This document shows positions 40,434 to 54,196 of a stretch of DNA of 64,000 nt, piece after piece. The stretch is from positions 363,382,001-363,446,000 of the forward strand of contig OZ024740.1 of NCBI GenBank assembly GCA_964016885.1. Reading direction: 5' to 3'. Below the pieces are notes generated by a model. It saw nothing but the letters and a program-made list of their open reading frames with translations, made no database searches and was not told the origin of the DNA. This DNA is from Eledone cirrhosa (lineage: Eukaryota). Every line of letters begins with the position of its first letter. Positions within the stretch are counted from its first letter, which is position 1. The translations under genes were made by a program, and so were the position numbers.

Positions 40434-40638
40434 CTGAAATTGAAATAAATAAATGAATAAATGCAATGTTTAAGTATGCAATTAAATTTTTTTTAAACAT
40501 TATAAAAACATTATTTTATTGCTGGATGCCCTTTCTGGCACCAACATACAACATGCAGAAATATGTTGTACCCATTCTAAACTGGATACACTGTCTAAAC
40601 TGTCATGGGGCCTGCAAAGCTAACCCATATTTTAGAAA

Positions 40639-40948
40639 GAAAAATAGTCATAAAACACTTGTTGTAAGTGATGAGACACAACAATAAGCATTTTAAGGGT
40701 ATTTTCCCAGTTTAAGCAGGAGTTAAAATTTATTTCGACCACACGGGAAGATTGTTCTTATTCCATTATCCATATGAAAAATAGTCATAAAACACTTGTT
40801 GTAAGTGATGAGACACAACAATAAGCATTTTAAGGGTATTTTCCCAGTTTAAGCAGGAGTTAAAATTTATTCCGACCACACAGGAAGATTGTTCTTATTC
40901 CATTATCCATATGGATTGTTCTTATTCCATTATCCATATTCCATTATC
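40639..40948. repeat. 137-bp tandem duplication plus two shorter re-copies at the RTE 5' junction
   Basis: 40639-40775 matches 40776-40912, then 40914-40939 and 40940-40948 repeat the unit end. Confidence 0.9.
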
Positions 40949-43900
40949 CTGATGCTCACTACCTCCCAAATAACCGACAGTGACTATATAATTATCGCAG
41001 GCGACCTAAATGGTCACGTTGGACAACATTGTGACGGCTACGACGAAATCCATGGAGGCTATGGGTTTGGTACTAGAAATGAGGAAGGTTCCAGAATCCT
41101 GGAATTCTGTGACGCAAATAACCTAACTATCTGTAACACTAACTTCAAAAAACGTAACAATCACCTGATCACCTATAGATCCGGGGAAAACACAAGCCAG
41201 GTAGATTATATCCTTACCAGAAGACGTGACAGTGTCTGTTGTAAACACTAAATCCCTCCCCCATGAAGAATGCATCTCCCAACATAGACTGATAATTAGC
41301 GACCTCATAGTCAGGACGAGACGTACTCGACAGCAGAAGAGGACTATCCTCAGGAGAAAAATATGGAAGCTAAAGGACCCCACAGCCAGAAATAAATTTC
41401 AAAGCATATTACTTGATGCTTTCGACAGTAAGGAAGAGCATTTAGAGTCGGATAATATAGAGGGACAGTGGGAATTTCTGAAAGCAAACCTGCTGATGGC
41501 GACAGACGAAGTCTGTGGCTGGAGCAGGCCTGTAGGCAGGAGGAGAGTAACATGGTGGTGGAACAGTAGGGTGGAGGGGTCAATTAAGGCCAAAAATCAG
41601 GCTTGGAAAGTATGGCGGGATGGGGGAAGTAGAGAAGACTATCAAGTGGCCAGGAGGGAGGCTAGGAGACAAGTGTACTTCGCAAGAAGGGAAGCAGAGG
41701 AAAGAAAGTTCAAGTATGTTCTACAACGCGAGGACCAAAAACGTGAGGTGTTCAGGATTGCTAGGCAATGTGTCAAGGAAAACCATGATATTGTCGGGGA
41801 GAAGTGTGTACTTAATGATGACGGCGTACTTGCCATCACCGACGCTGATAAGAAGGTAGCTTGGAAGTGCCACTATGAAAGGCTACTAAATGAGGAGAAT
41901 AAATGGGAGAAAGACAATCTCCCCCACATCGACCCAATAGAGGGACCAGCAGTGTTAGTCGAGGGTAGTATAATAAGTAAGGCAATCAAGGATATGAAGA
42001 CGGGTAAGGCGGCTGGGCCTTCGGAAATAGTTGCTGAGATGCTGAAGGCATCTGGCTCGGTGGGACACACCTTGGTCACCCGGATAGTTAACCAAGTCGT
42101 ACAGAATGGGGTTGTTCCGAAGGACTGGCATAGAAGCATCATCGTTAACTGTTATAAGGGTAAAGGAGATGCCTTAGATAGGAGTAACTATAGAGGCATT
42201 AAACTAATCGACCAGGTCATGAAGGTCACGGAAAAAGTAATAGCGCAACTAATCAGAGAGAGAATTGACCTAGATGAAATGCAGTTCGGGTTTGTGTCAG
42301 GCAAAAGTACCACAGACGCTCTTTTCATTGTACGTCAACTACAGGAGAAGTACATAGCTAAAGGTAAACCCCTCTACTTAGCTTTTGTCGACTTGGAGAA
42401 AGCCTTCGACAGAGTCCCCCGTTCCATTATCTGGTGGGGCCTTAGAAAACTAGGTGTCGACGAATGGCTTGTGAGAGCTATACAAGCCATGTATAAAGAA
42501 ACAGTCAGCAAGGTTAGAATTAACAACGAATATAGTGAAGAGTTTAGCGTAAAAGTTGGCGTCCATCAGGGCTCTGTTCTCAGCCCCCTACTATTTATTA
42601 TTGCCCTTCAGGCTATAACAGAGGAGTTCAAGACCGGCTGCCCATGGGAACTCCTATACGCAGACGACCTGACACTCATAGCTGAATCAATGGCCGAGCT
42701 AGAGAAGAAATTCCAAACATGGAGCGCGGCCTAGAATCAAAAGGCCTTAAAATTAACCTGGCTAAGACTAAAGTTCTAGTTTGTAGGAAAGAAAATAAGG
42801 CGGCGGTCCCTTCCGGGAAATGGCCATGCTCAGTGTGTAGGAAAGGCGTAGGTAGAAACTCCATTTTATGTCCCAAATGCAAAGTATGGGTGCATAAAAG
42901 ATGTAGTGGGATCACAGGTAAGCTATAGGCTAACTAAGAACTTAGATTTTACATGTGGGCGGTGCTCTGGTGCAATAAGTAGCAGCGAGTGCCCACAAAA
43001 TACTAACTCTTTCAATTGCGCAGAGGGCTCTATAGAAATAGTGGACAGCTTCCGTTACCTGGGTGACAAAATCAGCAGTGGGGGAGGGTGCTCCGAAAGT
43101 ACAGTAGCTAGAGTCAGAACTGGATGGAAAAAGTTCAGAGAGCTTATACCACTATTAGCCGCTAAAGGGTTCTCCCTAAAAATGAAAGGCAGGTTGTATG
43201 ATGCCTGCATACGAACAGCAATGTTGCATGGCAGTGAGACCTGGGCATTGTGCGCAGAGGATATACGCAGACTAGAGAGGAACGAAGCTTGCATGCTCCG
43301 CTGGATGTGTAATAGTAATATACGTGAACGGCAAAGCATAAACGAACTAAGGAAAAAATTAGAAATAAGAGGGATCAGATGTTGTTTACTCGAGAGAAGG
43401 CTACGTTGGTACGGACACGTGATGCGCATGAAAGTCGATAGCTGTATAACAAAGTGCAGGGCAATAAAGATAGACGGTAGCCACGGAATAGGCAGACCTA
43501 GAAAATCCTGGGACGAGCTGATAAACTCCGACCTCACACACTTACACCTCTCCAAGACAATGTCACTGGACCGAGACCTTTGGCGGTACTCAGTAATAGA
43601 GAAGACCCGCCTTACCTAAATACATAGTAAAACCTACTACAGCCAGTAGGCATCTCTAACAAAATACACCCCGTCCCACCACCCACACCCCATCCACACC
43701 ACCCCCTCCTATGTAAAGTTATGTTGGTGCCACAACATCCAGGCCGAAACAAATGAGATTGTGTAGGTGTCACGACAAAAAAACACACAGTCCACGCTGT
43801 AATGTGGCCGTGTAGGCAACACGGTAAAAACCTCCCAGTCCCACACTGTAAATGTGGTTGGTGTTAGGAAGGGCATCCAACTGTAGAAAACCCGCCAGAC

Positions 43901-44009
43901 GGTCCTATGCGAGCAAGACAATCACTCTTGCCTCAAGTGGGAATACCCCCGTCCAAACCCATGCAAGCGTGGAACACGGACGTTAAACGTTGATGATGAT
44001 GATGATGAT
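40949..44009 (+). mobile_element. Young 5'-truncated RTE LINE (few frameshifts)
   Basis: ORFs 41226-42734, 42719-42928, 42906-43619; 3' UTR; (GAT)n tail. Confidence 0.96.
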
Positions 44010-44914
44010 ATCTGGGGCAGCCTTGTATTAGTTATTTGTAATGTCATGTTTTGGTTCCATATAACTAAAGTATATACACTAACCTAAGAATTAAACTCAT
44101 GACCATGCTTAACACTTAACTAACAATTCAATTGTCTGGTATGACAAATGTGATGGAAATTAAGATCTTTAAACCTAATATACTTCCTCACTCAGGACTG
44201 TTTTACAACCAAATGCTGTTCTTGGCACCAACCCTTTTAGTTGTCTTTTATGATAGAAAGATATAACACTAGTGTCCCCCATCTTAGTTGTTATAGTTAC
44301 ATTTCAGCAGTTTTACACTCTGGTCATCTTCAGAATTATACACTGGCAGTATTGGTAGAGTGTCAGACAACATGCTTTGCAGCATTTAGTTACAGTTCTT
44401 TATGTTCTGAGTTCAAATCTTGCCTTTCATCCTTACAGGGCCAATAAAATAAAGTACCAGTAATGCACTAGAGTCGATTTAATCGACTTTTCCCTTTCCT
44501 TCAAATTGCTGACCTTGTGCCAAAAATGGAAACAATTATTATAAAGTGATATATTCAGGCTAGTGTCCTCATATAAGTTATTATAGTCACAACATTTCAG
44601 TTGTTGTACCCTCCAGTCATCTTCAGAAAACTTTTCTTCATTGTACACTGATATATTAAGACTAGTGTTTTCATATTAGTTAGAGTTGCAAAACAAAACA
44701 AAATAGGTACGTTTGAAGCTCATAATTTCCATCATACAGCAGCTACGTGATAGGGTGGGGGAAGGGGCTGGTAGCAGCAATACTGAATTTTCTTTTTAAT
44801 ACCAGGGGATTATATTAATTTGTGTATATCTAAATAAAATATTTCAATGTCATACTGATCTTTAATGCTTAGTAGTTGTTTCTAATTAAACAGTGGTATT
44901 TCCATAGGATCAGC

Positions 44915-45100
44915 TAGTTTGGCAGAATCGGTAGAGGGTCGGACACCATGCTTTCCAGCATAGTGACGTCCCTTTACGGTCTGAGTTCAAATCCCGTCGA
45001 GGTTAAGTTTGCCTTTCATCCTTACGGGGTCGATAAAATAAAGTACCAGTAATGTACTGGGTAATTGCTGGCCTTGTGCCAAAAGTAGAAACAATTATTA
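44915..45100 (+). mobile_element. tRNA-derived SINE (same family as 7803-7990; older copy at 44343-44540)
   Basis: tggcagaatcgg A-box, gagttcaaatcc B-box, same core. Confidence 0.85.
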
Positions 45101-45863
45101 TTATTATTTTTTTTTCAATACATCAGTACGAATTAATTTTGGGTCTTAGGAAAGCTCTTTTGAATAAATACTAAGAGTTGTTTCCCATACATACGTCAAG
45201 AGTTATTTCCCTTACTTAATTGTAATTTCTTTCATGGAATGTCACTGAATGAGGTTTATTTTTCAACAAGGTTATTGAGGAGTGTGAGATGATGTTTGGC
45301 CTGAATGACTTTGTACTAAATCAAATTAATTTAAATGTTCCATTGGATCTGCATGAACAACAGAGCACAGTTGAATCAACCATAATATTCAAGAGATAAA
45401 TGCATTAGTATAGACGTGGTACACATGAAAGATGAAAGTTGGGTGTAGAAGGGTGAAAAGAAGCTGCAGAAGAGAAATACATAGGAAGAAGTGGTAAAGG
45501 CTGATTACAGAATGCTGAACTTTACAAAGGAGATGATAAAACATAACATAACACAAAACAAAACAGTGTGATAGAGCAGAGCCATTCCATCCATTCCAAT
45601 ATTGAAAATATAAAAGGGAAGCCGATCATCAAATAGACCAAGGAAACAATGTTTCCATTGGTCATTCCATTGCTGATACTATCTGCCAGGCACAGCTCTT
45701 GGCAGACGGAGCAGTATGAAATTAAGTATTTTACTCAAGAACACAATATCCTGCCCAGTCCAGGAATCAAAACCACATTATCATCATACATCCAATGCCC
45801 TCACAACTAAGCCATGATGATGATGATGACACAGTAACTTTACAAATGAACTACAGAGCTTAC

Positions 45864-46043
45864 CATTACTAATAAGAGCAGGAAGTTGAAAACAAAGACT
45901 TTTTCCACCACCAGTAGGCATAATAAGTAAACAATCCTTGCCACTCAATGTAACATTCATTGTTTCCAGCTGCATAGGTCGAAGTTTGTTGATGTGGAAA
46001 ACACTTTCCATTTTCTCCTTTAATTTCAAACTCCATTTAAAAT
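45864..46043 (-). CDS. RECQL: RecQ1 helicase exon, motif 0 and Walker A
   Basis: [60 protein letters not shown]; ttttcag / gtaag splice sites. Confidence 0.97.
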
Positions 46044-46893
46044 CTGAAAAAGTAAGAACAATAAAAATGATATTAAACATTTATTCCTGATTTCAATTTC
46101 ACTCACAAATTCTATGCAGCCCACCCTGTAAACTGGTGGTGCTAGTGCCACGATAAAATTTACCTTGCCCATGCTACAAGGTGGTAGTGCTGGTGTCATA
46201 ATAATATGCACCCTGTCCACCCTATAAGGTGGTAGTGCTGGTGTCATAATAAAATGCACCCAGCCCATTCTGTAAAGAGGTAATGCTAGTGCCACAATAA
46301 ATTACACTGAGTACACCCTGTAATGTGGTAGAGCTGTTATCATTATAAAATTGCACCCAGCCCACACTTAAAGTAGTATTGCTGGTGTTAGGATAAAATG
46401 CACCCAGTAAAGTTGTTGGCATTAGGAAAGGCATCCAGCTGTAGAAACTATACAAAACTGAAATGTATGAGCAGTGTGGTCATCTGACCATCATGTTTAG
46501 CCATGTCTTTCTTGATATTCCCTTCTTCTACTTCCTTCTACATTTATTCACTCTTCTCACCTAGTCACTTTTATCATATACAACATATCACCCAACCATT
46601 TCATTCCATTTCTCTACATAATATTCATCATTGACTCTATTCCTCTTACCCAATCACTTTCATTTTTCCTCAACACATGACTCAACCATCTCACTCCCTT
46701 TCTCTTCACTACATTCATCATTGGCTCTATTCACTTCATCCTTAGCAATTCATTGTCTTCTTCTCTTTCTTGGCAATACTCCACTCAGCCACTAAACCAT
46801 TATTATCAGTACTATAAGAAGTTGATAAGAACATCCACAGACATTGAAGCTACTAATAACTGCAAAGACTTATATAAAACTATGGCTAAGAAC

Positions 46894-47067
46894 CTTTTAA
46901 ACTCCAATCTTTGTCATCCTTCTTTGGTTTTGAACTGCTCTCTCTCAGAATAGTCTCTAACTCTTCCTTTTTCTGTAGTAAAGAATTCTGCCTCTTTAAT
47001 ATATCTTCCAATAGCTGTTCTGTCTCTGCAAGTTGTTGCTTCACATCAGCCAATTCTTTTCGGTAAG
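46894..47067 (-). CDS. RECQL: RecQ1 helicase, N-terminal coiled-coil exon (first securely identified coding exon)
   Basis: tttttcag acceptor and G|gttc donor; translates (A)YRKELADVKQQLAETEQLLEDILKRQNSLLQKKEELE...DWSLK, like the RECQL N-terminal coiled coil; 174 nt, phase 1-1, in frame with next exon. Confidence 0.85.
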
Positions 47068-47447
47068 CTGAAAAAGAAACAATAGTTCTGTGAATATAAT
47101 TTGGAAACCAACAACAAAATGTTTTTAAAACATTTTCAGCTTTGTAATAGAGTATATTTACACACTCATTCACCCATATTATATATACCATCACCACAAT
47201 CACCATTTAATATCTATTTTCCATGATTGCATGGGTTAGACAAGTGGTTATGTGGTGAGGCTAGACCAGTCAGGTAACAATGACCAGCTCATATGTTATA
47301 TTTTGGCTTGATTTCTAAGGCTGGATGCACCTCCTAATACAACCCACTTTGCAGCATGTACTGGAAGCATTTTTTCATGGCTCCAGTACTACCACCTGAC
47401 TGTGTGGACTGGTTGCTTTTCACCAAGGCACCAGCACTATGTCTGTA

Positions 47448-47505
<58 letters not shown>

Positions 47506-47520
47506 CATATATATATATAA

Positions 47521-48081
47521 AATTTCAAGTTATCAATAATGTAGTGATAATATATCGTCACGTTAGAGATGAACAGCGTTCGTGTAGGTTTGCTCAACGA
47601 GTATAAATTATATTCCGGAGAAAATGTAGAAAAGATGAATATAAAATGAAAGTGCTTTTATAAAGGAATTTATTAGGTATTGACATATGTTTCTGTAACA
47701 GACGGAATACCTATGTATCGCTGCTTGCGTAATCATATAATGTTAGCAAGTATTCGATAGCAAATGTATAATCAGTTGTCACTTCTTCAGAGATATTGGA
47801 TAAATTGGAAAAAATCAGAAAAATTGAAGTATTTATATTAGTTGTAAGAAAGGAAGAAGAGAGGGGATAGTATATGACAGATGGCAATTCAATTTACTGG
47901 TAAACAAATATATAGAAGATTTCTAATGAGAATACAATGAGTATATGGCTTATTTTATCTAAATAAGAATTTTTGGGAGTGCCTATTTTAATCTATACTT
48001 GACCAATTGAACAATGGACAGGGCTGGTCGTTTGGTGTCGTAGTATTAATACAGATATAGTGTCAATTAAGGAAGAGGGAG

Positions 48082-48083
<2 letters not shown>
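47521..48083 (-). mobile_element. Probable solo PLE pseudo-LTR fragment in (TA)n
   Basis: Bounded by (TA)n on both sides; contains a hammerhead motif near its 3' end, as in the 52437-60501 element. Confidence 0.6.
47675..47800 (-). ncRNA. Type I hammerhead ribozyme with ~90-nt stem II (stem I imperfect)
   Basis: CUGAAGA (47790-47784) - aGUGACA...UGUUACa long hairpin - GAAACAUAUGUC with palindromic stem III and GUC cleavage triplet. Confidence 0.65.
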
Positions 48084-48131
<48 letters not shown>

Positions 48132-48931
48132 TATTGAAGTTGAAAATAGAAAAAGTCATAGGAGTGAAGAGTGCTCTATGTAAGTACCAGAGCAAAATTT
48201 AATGTATAAAAAACAATACAATATAATTACCTCATTACCAGAGGTTTCCCGAATAAGACGAATACGAAAGAAACGTCTTCATTCGTTCGTCGGACGAGGC
48301 AATATAAAACATAGCTAAATATTTGGAAAGTCTCCTCAAGAAATGCAAAAAAAAAATTATATATATATAGATAAAGGTAATACAATAGACATATAAAATA
48401 TATAAAAAAAATGTTTAAGAAATATAGTTAGGTGTGTGTATATGTATGTATATACACTCACAGATGTACATATGTATGTATGTACAAATGTGTGTGTATA
48501 GTGAAAATGTGTGTGTAAATATATGTATGAGGGCAAGTATATCTGTGTATATGTAACCACAGACACAGACATGATAGGAGTGTCTGGTTGACAGCTATAC
48601 AGAAAAACAGGGTATTAGATACATTATAAGAATATGAAGGCACACGCGTATAAACACACACACACGCGCGTACACTTATATGCGGAAGAAAAAGAGGTAA
48701 GGGAGTGTAATAGTAAAAGGAAAGTGTCATTCTCGATATATTTATAAAAATGGAACAATAATTTAGAAAGAAAAATTGCAAAGTAAAGAAAAGAAAACAA
48801 ACAAGGTACACGCGTACATACACACATAATCTATAAGAAACATATATCTATAAAAAATATATATATACACACAATACGTGCAGACAAAAGCGTATGCAAG
48901 TGTACATACACACAAAGGATGCACATATATA

Positions 48932-50198
48932 TATATACATACACTTCGCCCCATGTATATTTAATCACACGTACGTACGCGACTGTATACACACACACAC
49001 ATAAATATATATATATATATACATATGCACACATACACATCCATACATTCAGTACGTACACATACACACTCACGCACGTTGACCCGCTTACACACACACA
49101 CATAAAAATAAGAATGTAAAAAAACATAGATGTAAAAACACAGATATAAAAACACACATACATACACATATATATATACACGCACGCTCGCGCACATACG
49201 GAGGCGTTCGTGTACATATACAGAAAGTATACACACATAAAGACGCTCAGACACATAGATACAGGGTGTAAAAACAGCCTTGTGAATGAGTGAGTACAAA
49301 TATAAAAATATAAAATTGGCTGCGAAATAACAGAAAATATCCACCAAAGACCTGCCTAAACACAAAGACAGAAATTTTCACCAGTTGCCCACACATGAAA
49401 TCACACCTGCTTTCCACCTCATATAAATTTAACACACTTTCAGATACTTATCCTCCATAAGCTCTTATTCTTCACTTAAATTATTCTCTTTAAGACTACC
49501 TTTTCTGATTTACTTACTTTTTTAGCCTTATTATTAATTTTATTTTTATTTTTATTTTTATTTTTATTTTTACTTCACATCAACCACTAACCCCCCCCCC
49601 CCTCCTTTATTCTCCAGTTCACTTACCTAATATCTTCACTTTCCACTTTTTACTTCCCTATTTTCTTCACTACCTCATTACACGAGTCACTTGCGTTTTC
49701 CACTCCAGATATTTTCTGTTATTTCGCAGCCAATTTTATATTTTTATATTTGTACTCACTTATTTACAAGGCTGTTTTTACACCCTGTATCTATGTGTCT
49801 GAGCGTCTTTATGTGTGTATACTTTCTGTATATGTACACGAACGCCTCCGTATGTGCGCGAGCGTGCGTGTATATATATATGTGTATGTATGTGTTTTTA
49901 TATCTGTGTTTTTACATCTATGTTTTTTTACATTCTTATTTTTATGTGTGTGCATGTAAGCGGGTCAACGTGCGTGAGTGTATGTATGTGTGTGTGTGTG
50001 TGTGTGTACGTACTGAATGTATGGATATATACATACACTTCGCCCCATGTATATTTAATCACACGTACGTACGCGACTGTATACACACACACACATAAAT
50101 ATATATATATATATACATATGCACACATACACATCCATACATTCAGTACGTACACATACACACTCACGCACGTTGACCCGCTTACACACACACACATA
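48932..50198. repeat. Local rearrangement: 49708-50025 is an inversion of ~49039-49341; 50026-50198 is a direct copy of ~48932-49104
   Basis: Direct sequence comparison (taaaattggctgcgaaataacagaaaatatc and its reverse complement; cacttcgccccatg occurs twice). Confidence 0.85.
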
Positions 50199-52153
50199 GA
50201 GTTTCTACCTACGCCTTTCCTACATACCGAGCACGACCATTTCCCAGAAGGGACCGCCGCCTTATTTTCTTTCCTACAAACTAGAACTTTAGTCTTAGCC
50301 AGGTTAATTTTAAGTCCTTTTGATTCTAGGCCGTGCTTCCATGTTTGGAATTTCTTCTCTAGCTCGGCCATTGATTCCGCTATGAGTGTCAGGTCGTCTG
50401 CGTATAGGAGTTCCCATGGGCAGCCGGTCTTGAACTCCTCTGTTATAGCCTGAAGGGCAATAATAAATAGTAGGGGGCTGAGAACAGAGCCCTGATGGAC
50501 GCCAACTTTTACTCTAAACTCTTCACTATATTCGTTGTTAATTCTAACCTTGCTGACTGTTTCTTTATACATGGCTTGTATAGCTCTCACAAGCCATTCG
50601 TCAACGCCTAGTTTACTAAGAGCCCCCCAGATAATGGAGCGGGGGGACTCTGTCGAAGGCTTTCTCCAAGTCGACAAAAGCTAAGTAGAGGGGTTTACCT
50701 TTAGCTAGGTACTTCTCCTGTAGTTGTCGTACAATGAAAAGAGCGTCTGTGGTACTTTTGCCTGACACAAACCCGAACTGCATTTCATCTAGGTCAATTC
50801 TCTCTCTGATTAGTTGTGCTATTACTTTTTCCGTGACCTTCATGACCTGGTCGATTAATTTAATGCCTCTATAGTTACTCCTATCTAGGGCGTCTCCTTT
50901 ACCCTTATAACAGTTAACGATGATGCTGCTATGCCAGTCCTTCGGAACAACCCCATTCTGTACGACTTGGTTAACTATGCGGGTGACCATGGTGTGTCCC
51001 ACCGTGCCAGATGCCTTCAGCATCTCAGCAACTATTTCCGAAGGCCCAGCCGCCTTACCCGTCTTCATATCCTTGATTGCCTTACTTATTATACTCCCCT
51101 CGACTAACACTGCTGGTCCCTCTATTGGGTCGATATGGGGGAGACTGTCTTTCTCCCATTTATTCTCCTCATTTAGTAGCCTTTCATAGTGACACTTCCA
51201 AGCTACCTTCTTATCAGCGTCGGTGATGGCAAGTATGCCATCATCGTTAAGTACACACTTCTCCCCGACAATATCACGGTTTTCCTTGACGCATTGCCTA
51301 GCAATCCTGAACACCTCACGTTTTTGGTCCTCGCGTTGTAGAACATGCTTGAACTTTCTTTCCTCAGCTTCCCTTCTTGCTAAGTACACTTGTCTCCTAG
51401 CCACTTGATAGTCTTCTCTACTTCCCCCATCCCGCCATACTTTCCAAGCCTGCTTTTTGGCCTTAATTGACCCTCCACCTTACTGTTCCACCACCATGTT
51501 ACTCTCCTCCTGCCTACAGGCCTGCTCCAGCCACAGACTTCGTCTGTCGCCATCAGCAGGTTTGCTTTCAGAAATTCCCACTGTCCCTCTATATTGTCCA
51601 ACTCTAAATGTTCTTCCTTACTGTCGAAAGCATCAAGTAATATGCTTTGAAATTTATTTCTGGCTGTGGGGTCCTTTAGCTTCCATATTTTTCTCCTGAG
51701 GATAGTCCTCTTCTGCTGTCGAGTACGTCTCGTCCTGACTATGAGGTCGCTAATTATCAGTCTATGTTGGGAGGTGTATTCTTCATGGGGGAGGGATTTA
51801 GTGTTTACAACAGACACTCTGTCACGTCTTCTGGTAAGGATATAATCTACCTGGCTTGTGTGTTCCCCCGGATCTATAGGTGATCAGGTGATTGTCACGT
51901 TTTTTGAAGTTAGTGTTACAGATAGTTAGGTTATTTGCATCACAGAATTCCAGGATTCTGGAGCCTTCCTCATTTCTAGTACCAAACCCATAGCCTCCAT
52001 GGATTTCGTCGTAGCCGTCACAATGTTGTCCGTGACCATTTAGGTCGCCTGCAATAATTATATAGTCACTGTCGGATATTTGGGAGGTAGTTAGCATCAG
52101 TGACTCATAGAATCTGTCTTTTATAGTGCCGGGCAGTCCGGATTGGGGTGCGT

Positions 52154-52157
<4 letters not shown>
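50199..52157 (-). mobile_element. Internal RTE LINE fragment, truncated at both ends
   Basis: ORFs 51822-52157, 51380-51817, 50616-51404, 49928-50677 nearly identical to the 3178-6975 copy. Confidence 0.95.
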
Positions 52158-52443
<286 letters not shown>

Positions 52444-52636
52444 ATAAATCTACCAAGAGTTTACGGTAGTGTCCAATCCGTATGAAGAACTCAATGTATT
52501 CCGGATATCATGGAAAGAAGAGATGTAATGAAAATCCAATTTCGGTGAAAGATAAACGGTATACAGAGTCGAGATAAAATATTAAACAAATAATGAACAA
52601 ACAATTCCTTATATTAAACAAAAAAAACAAAAAAAG

Positions 52637-52791
52637 TTCACTATTTAACGATCGTTTCTAGGGTATATATGTGTTATAATTGGTATGCATATTTAACAGA
52701 TCTATGTACAAAATTATACAAAATTATACAAATTATCAAGATTAAATATACATACCTAACTCATATATACGCCGTCTTCAGAAATAATGAA
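52637..52791 (-). ncRNA. Type I hammerhead ribozyme with ~116-nt stem II (copy in inverted pLTR)
   Basis: Reverse complement of 60294-60448. Confidence 0.78.
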
Positions 52792-53560
52792 GTATATTTA
52801 TTGATAATAACAACAATTCAAAATATCAGTTCAAAATTGACCAATGAAAACACAAAGGGTTAAAAAGCAGTTTGGTGTGTGTATATACATGTAAAACCCT
52901 ACACACATTTTACAATAATGTGTGTATAATCTGTATGTGCATACTAAAAAGATGGATGCAAATAAAAAATTTCAAGGTTAATATCTCTGTAAGCTTAATG
53001 CGCTGATAAGATACGCAATGATACTTATGGAGTCAAGCATATAAATATATTTTTTTCATACTCACACATATCAGTATAATCACACATACATGTGCGTATA
53101 TATATAAATATACACATAACCATGAACACACAAACACACACACTCCCCCACTCACATTTATATATGTGGATATAAAATCATAAGCAAATAGAAATTAAGT
53201 CACTCACATAAACACACTGGTACACACATTTCAAGATCAAGATACAGAAATTAGGTGGGAGGGGGGGGGGAGGGGTCAGTATTAGACTGTCAGACCAGAC
53301 AACCTTAATATAAATGTATCTATAAATTATGAAAAATAAAAAATAAAAACAATAAAATATAATACATATAATATAATGTACATACGCATACAGATATACA
53401 TACACATACATACATGTACGCGCACATAGAGATATCTATACATACATACATACACACATACCTATACTGTCATACACACACATACATTTACACGAACATA
53501 CACATACACATATAAAAAGATATAAATACGGACACACACACGCGCAACACATACATACAT

Positions 53561-53613
<53 letters not shown>

Positions 53614-53722
53614 TATACACACACACGTAGACTCATATATATATACATACACATACATACATTTATACACAAACATATATATCCCACACTCATACCACCA
53701 TAAAAACACATACAAACATCCA

Positions 53723-53771
<49 letters not shown>

Positions 53772-53791
53772 ACATACACACACATGTATAT

Positions 53792-53822
<31 letters not shown>

Positions 53823-53974
53823 TATATACACACACACACATAAAATACAGAAATGCACATATATATATATATATATATATATTTCATTACTCTTATATAT
53901 ACACATAGTATATATACATACACAACCTCACTAATACACATATACACATAAGTTATATTACAATAATAATAAAG

Positions 53975-54021
<47 letters not shown>

Positions 54022-54164
54022 TATACACACATATACACATATACATACACATACATACACATACATACATACATACACATACATACATACACCTAAATAT
54101 AAACATATATAAATACACACATACGAATAAAGACATATATTCACACATAGACACCTATATACAC

Positions 54165-54196
<32 letters not shown>

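Noticed and set aside
48231-48300. CpG-rich segment with GAG|gtaatt donor as RECQL first coding exon
   Set aside because: ATGAG| gives phase 2, and the phase-1 frame has TAA TGA stops; it could only be a non-coding exon, which I cannot support from sequence alone
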